Source: Tricharina praecox (taxonomy: Eukaryota). From it: a DNA stretch of 64,000 bases. Made by a program: the position numbers and the translations under genes. Where the stretch lies: contig NW_026250440.1 in NCBI RefSeq assembly GCF_024521635.1, positions 124,001 to 188,000 of the forward strand, in the 5' to 3' direction. Shown here in pieces: positions 60,554 to 64,000 of this stretch; positions within the stretch are counted from its first letter, which is position 1, and each line of letters starts with the position of its first letter. The notes under the pieces were generated by a model, which was given only the letters and a program-made list of their open reading frames with translations, searched no databases and was not told where the DNA came from.

Positions 60554-61315
60554 CGTGTACCTGGTGTATCGAGCTGTTGAGTGGAGATGGCGGGGAAGCA
60601 GGCGCGGCCGGGGGAGTTTGGTTCTTGATAAAGTGTTAGTGGCGGTGATGACAATTGCTGCAACACCAGTGGTGATAGCGCCAAGCCGCGCCACGGCCAA
60701 TCGGGTTGTCGGCAACCGTGAAAATCAAAGCATAATCCAGCACTCCAGAATTGCATCTGCTTAAGAACTGTGCTTTGCTCGCTCCAGCCTTTTCACGTGC
60801 ACTCGGTTTTTTGCATGATTACAATCTCATATGACGACATGGTGGTCACTGGCCACTGGTGAAGGGGTTTTTAGAGAGATACGAGCGGGTAACCCGGAAC
60901 GCCACGATTGAAGGGATTGATGAGACAAGCTATGCTCTAGAGTCTGGATTGAGGATCGTGAATGAGAATTAAGAATGTGGCTGTGGTTGCTTCTATTCGC
61001 GGATATGACTTCGAGTAGCGGCTGTTATTCTAGAAGGCGATAATTTGGTGCGTGGCGGTTGTGGCTTTTTGCCCCCTCAGTACCTAACTCGCCACCGGAT
61101 CCGCTCGGGAAAGCTGAATCTAGAGTACAGCCGCAAGCAGCACAGATCTCAAGAAATCGGCATCGTGACTTGGTCTATTCGAGCGACATGTGAATTAAGC
61201 TCGCGAAACCCTATGTACACTACTACTTTACCGTCTGTTATGTACCGTACCAGTTGCGATACATCACAGCAAGACACAAATCCACCCTTTCCGTCCCATT
61301 TTCCGCTTTCCGGCA

Positions 61316-62832
61316 TCACCAAAAGCCGCCGACCCAAGTGGTCGTCGCAAAAACCACAGCCCATGCCACTGGTACGAGCCGGCCAATATCCGGAGCACTG
61401 CTGGAACTCCTCCCGGCGCCGCTACGCTGAGCATCAGTGCCATTACCACCCACACCCTCCCCTGCTTGAGGGGTTCCGTACCCATTCGCCATGCCCACTG
61501 GCGGGTGCCGCCTATCCGGGATGACAAGGCTTCCATTGTACGGAGTCATGCCCTGCTTGTCGCGGACTTCATTCTTGATGCTCTGGGCCACCTCCCGCCC
61601 ATTTACGACCAGGCTGATGTTGGGTAGCGGCTCGGGCGCCCACCGTGTCTTGTGGAAGGGACCCGGATACGAGTCGTTGAGATAGACGTTTGAGAGGTCG
61701 GGGTGTGGGAGAACGGTGTCGTTGGTCCGCGCTGCAACCAGGGAGAAGACGTTTGCGCCGACATCGTAGCGACCGAGAGTGGAAAGGTTCCAGTTCGCGC
61801 ACACAGTGGAAATCTCAGAGTAATGGTCTGCGGCAAAAGAGCGTAAGTTAGCCTTCCACATGACAGCTTTTCGAGAAGCAGGTGACCTGCAGCGCCGCAC
61901 CATAATAGCTGTCGTCGATGGTCCCGTGCGATTCCTTCGGAACGGCTCCTCCCATGAGGATGGTGAACACACGGTTTTGCTTGGTGTACGAGTGGTTCTC
62001 GTCGAACGTAACCAGAATAAGTGTATTCTGCGCGGAAACGTCAGTACCGTCGCCATGAGATAGTCAACTTTTTCTTTTCTTTTTACCCACATTCATAAAG
62101 TACTCATTGTCCAATAAGGGCTCCAAGAAAGACCTCGTCCAGTTCCCGGCGAACGTGACCGAAGTATCATGGCCATTATTCCTCATGTCCGGAGTGAAAA
62201 AGACCCACTGGGGCAGTTTCCGGGCATCCAGATCATCATGGAAGAGTGTGTCATTCTTGATCAAACCCAGGCGCTTCTCATTCTTAGCCACGGAGTCGTA
62301 GCTGACCAGCCCACTATGTTTGCGCTTGTACTCGTTTGCCTTTGTTTGTGGGTTGTTGAACTCGTGTCCGGTGAAGCCCGTGTACGGCATGCCCTCCTGA
62401 TACGAAGCCCAGCTTATTCCGGCGGGCTCGAGCAGATCCACGATCGTGGAGGTGTTGGAGGCGATGGAGATGTCGCCGTTGTGGTTGAGGCCGAAGTAGT
62501 CGCCACCCACTGCGGCGACATAATTTGGCTGCGAAGGATGCGTGAGCGCAAAGTAGTTGGTGAGTGTTATCCCGCGCTCGGCGAGCCATTTCAGATTTGC
62601 TGTGGGGAGAATCAGCGGTGAAGATATGTAGTTTGGGAACGGGCAACAAACGGTCTCCCGCAGCCTTGGCATAATCAGTGTTTTCCAACCATATGGTGAT
62701 GAAGCGATCGAACGCCTTGCCAGTGACGGAGCTGGTTGGTGAAAGTGATGGGATTTCGGCGGCGTCTGCTGCTGCTGCAGTCGTCGCTGCCCAGAGAAAA
62801 GTTGCAGCGATAGAAGGTAGTAAGTGTAACAT
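61316..62832 (-). CDS. secreted, probably GPI-anchored acid phosphatase (phosphoesterase family); multi-exon
   Basis: Signal peptide, ITIWLENTDY, THPSQPNY, YKRKH, NNGHDT, TFDEN, DHYSEISTV and a hydrophobic C-terminus. Confidence 0.9.
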
Positions 62833-64000
62833 GTTGGTTGATCTCTCTACCTTTTGTCTCGGTAGCGACGGTGAAGAGATAACCTTAGAGTATAGTACTT
62901 TGAGGTTCGAAGCTCTCGGGCGAAGTAGGGGGTTGGACCTTAATAAGCGTTGGCGTCGTTGATCAGCTGCAAGGCCAATCGTACAGACAAGCCCCGCCAT
63001 GTGCACATTATTGCTCCCCATCCATCTTGGGTTCTTCGGGGGCTGAAACGACTTGTCACTTGAGACTGGAGTCGTCAGCTGGACCGGGGGGTCGGGCTAT
63101 ATCGATATCACTCCTACCGTTTCCAGCGGCACGGGTTGGTTTTGCCAGAAAAGCTTGTCTCATTTAACAGGGCGAAGCGAAAGCTTGTCTTCTTCGCATC
63201 GTTCGGACCAGAAGGACCCAACACACATCACCCCTGCATGAGTCGATCGTTGATGTCCTGATGAATTTCGGTCCCGCAACAAAAACCCGTGGCCTGGGTC
63301 ACCTTCACGCGGGACACCGGCAATTCTTGCTGGCCAATGAATGAATTGGTAAATGGCATTTTCAGCTAACTACCTAATAGGTACATACCCAAATCGGTGG
63401 GACCGGAAAGGGGGAAGGCCTTAGGCATCAGGAAGGAGAGCTGCAAGTCGTGAGGCTGGACAACACCGCGAACAACAAACCGCCAGCAGAGGGAGATTAC
63501 GCGTACGTGTCCTCGATCTGTAAGAGCGAACGGTGATGACCGCAACACCTGAAATAGATACCAGCCAGTGTGGAAATGAATGTTGTCTGCTGTTGGATAG
63601 CCGGAGATCCATCAACATGCCAGGGACTGCAGCGCTTTCTTGACGCCAGGCGGGTTTTGACTTCGCGATGCAAGAAGGCGAGATATTATTACCTTTCTAG
63701 GTATCTACACTGGATCCACAGCTCGTAACACAATGGTCCATGATCCACTTCCACAGGCACCTCAAGTGCAAAGGGAATGTAGCCAGGCGAGTGAGCAGAG
63801 AAAAGCGAAATGGACATCAAAACGAGCGACCACGCTCCACAGTCCTCGCCTTCCTTCGACGAACATACACAAGGGCCTGAAGAGTAGCGGCATGGACTTG
63901 CACTCGCGCCGGGAAGGATGAAGATACCTGTATCAGTAGTGTGATCGACCAAATGCAGAAAGGCTGAAGCTCACGATACATGTGGATTGGAAAACTCTGC

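Overview
Eukaryotic DNA from a filamentous ascomycete. Short GT-AG introns with CTAAC/CTGAC branch sites support this; a Pezizomycetes-like identity is only my inference. The window holds about 20 protein-coding loci. Recognisable ones are hmgA, an ALO/GULO-type FAD oxidase, a cytochrome P450, capping protein beta, an Obg/MTG2 GTPase, RPB5, a derlin, BUD13, an F-box/ankyrin protein, MTHFR, aspartokinase, BFR2, a PAP2 lipid phosphatase, an M20-like hydrolase homologue, complex I PSST and an acid phosphatase. The main observation is four dispersed copies of a U2 snRNA gene within the first 28 kb. Each is interrupted after about nt 11 by a 64-66 nt canonical spliceosomal intron (GTACGT...CTAAY...CAG). 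Each copy keeps its TATA box and flanking sequence, and one copy sits between 18-bp direct repeats. Other notable items: a family of non-LTR retroelement 3' remnants with target-site duplications and a conserved 3' hairpin, two MITEs, an M20 hydrolase homologue lacking its metal ligands, and a 2.6-kb reading frame broken only by in-frame stops. All calls are by eye; no database searches were run.
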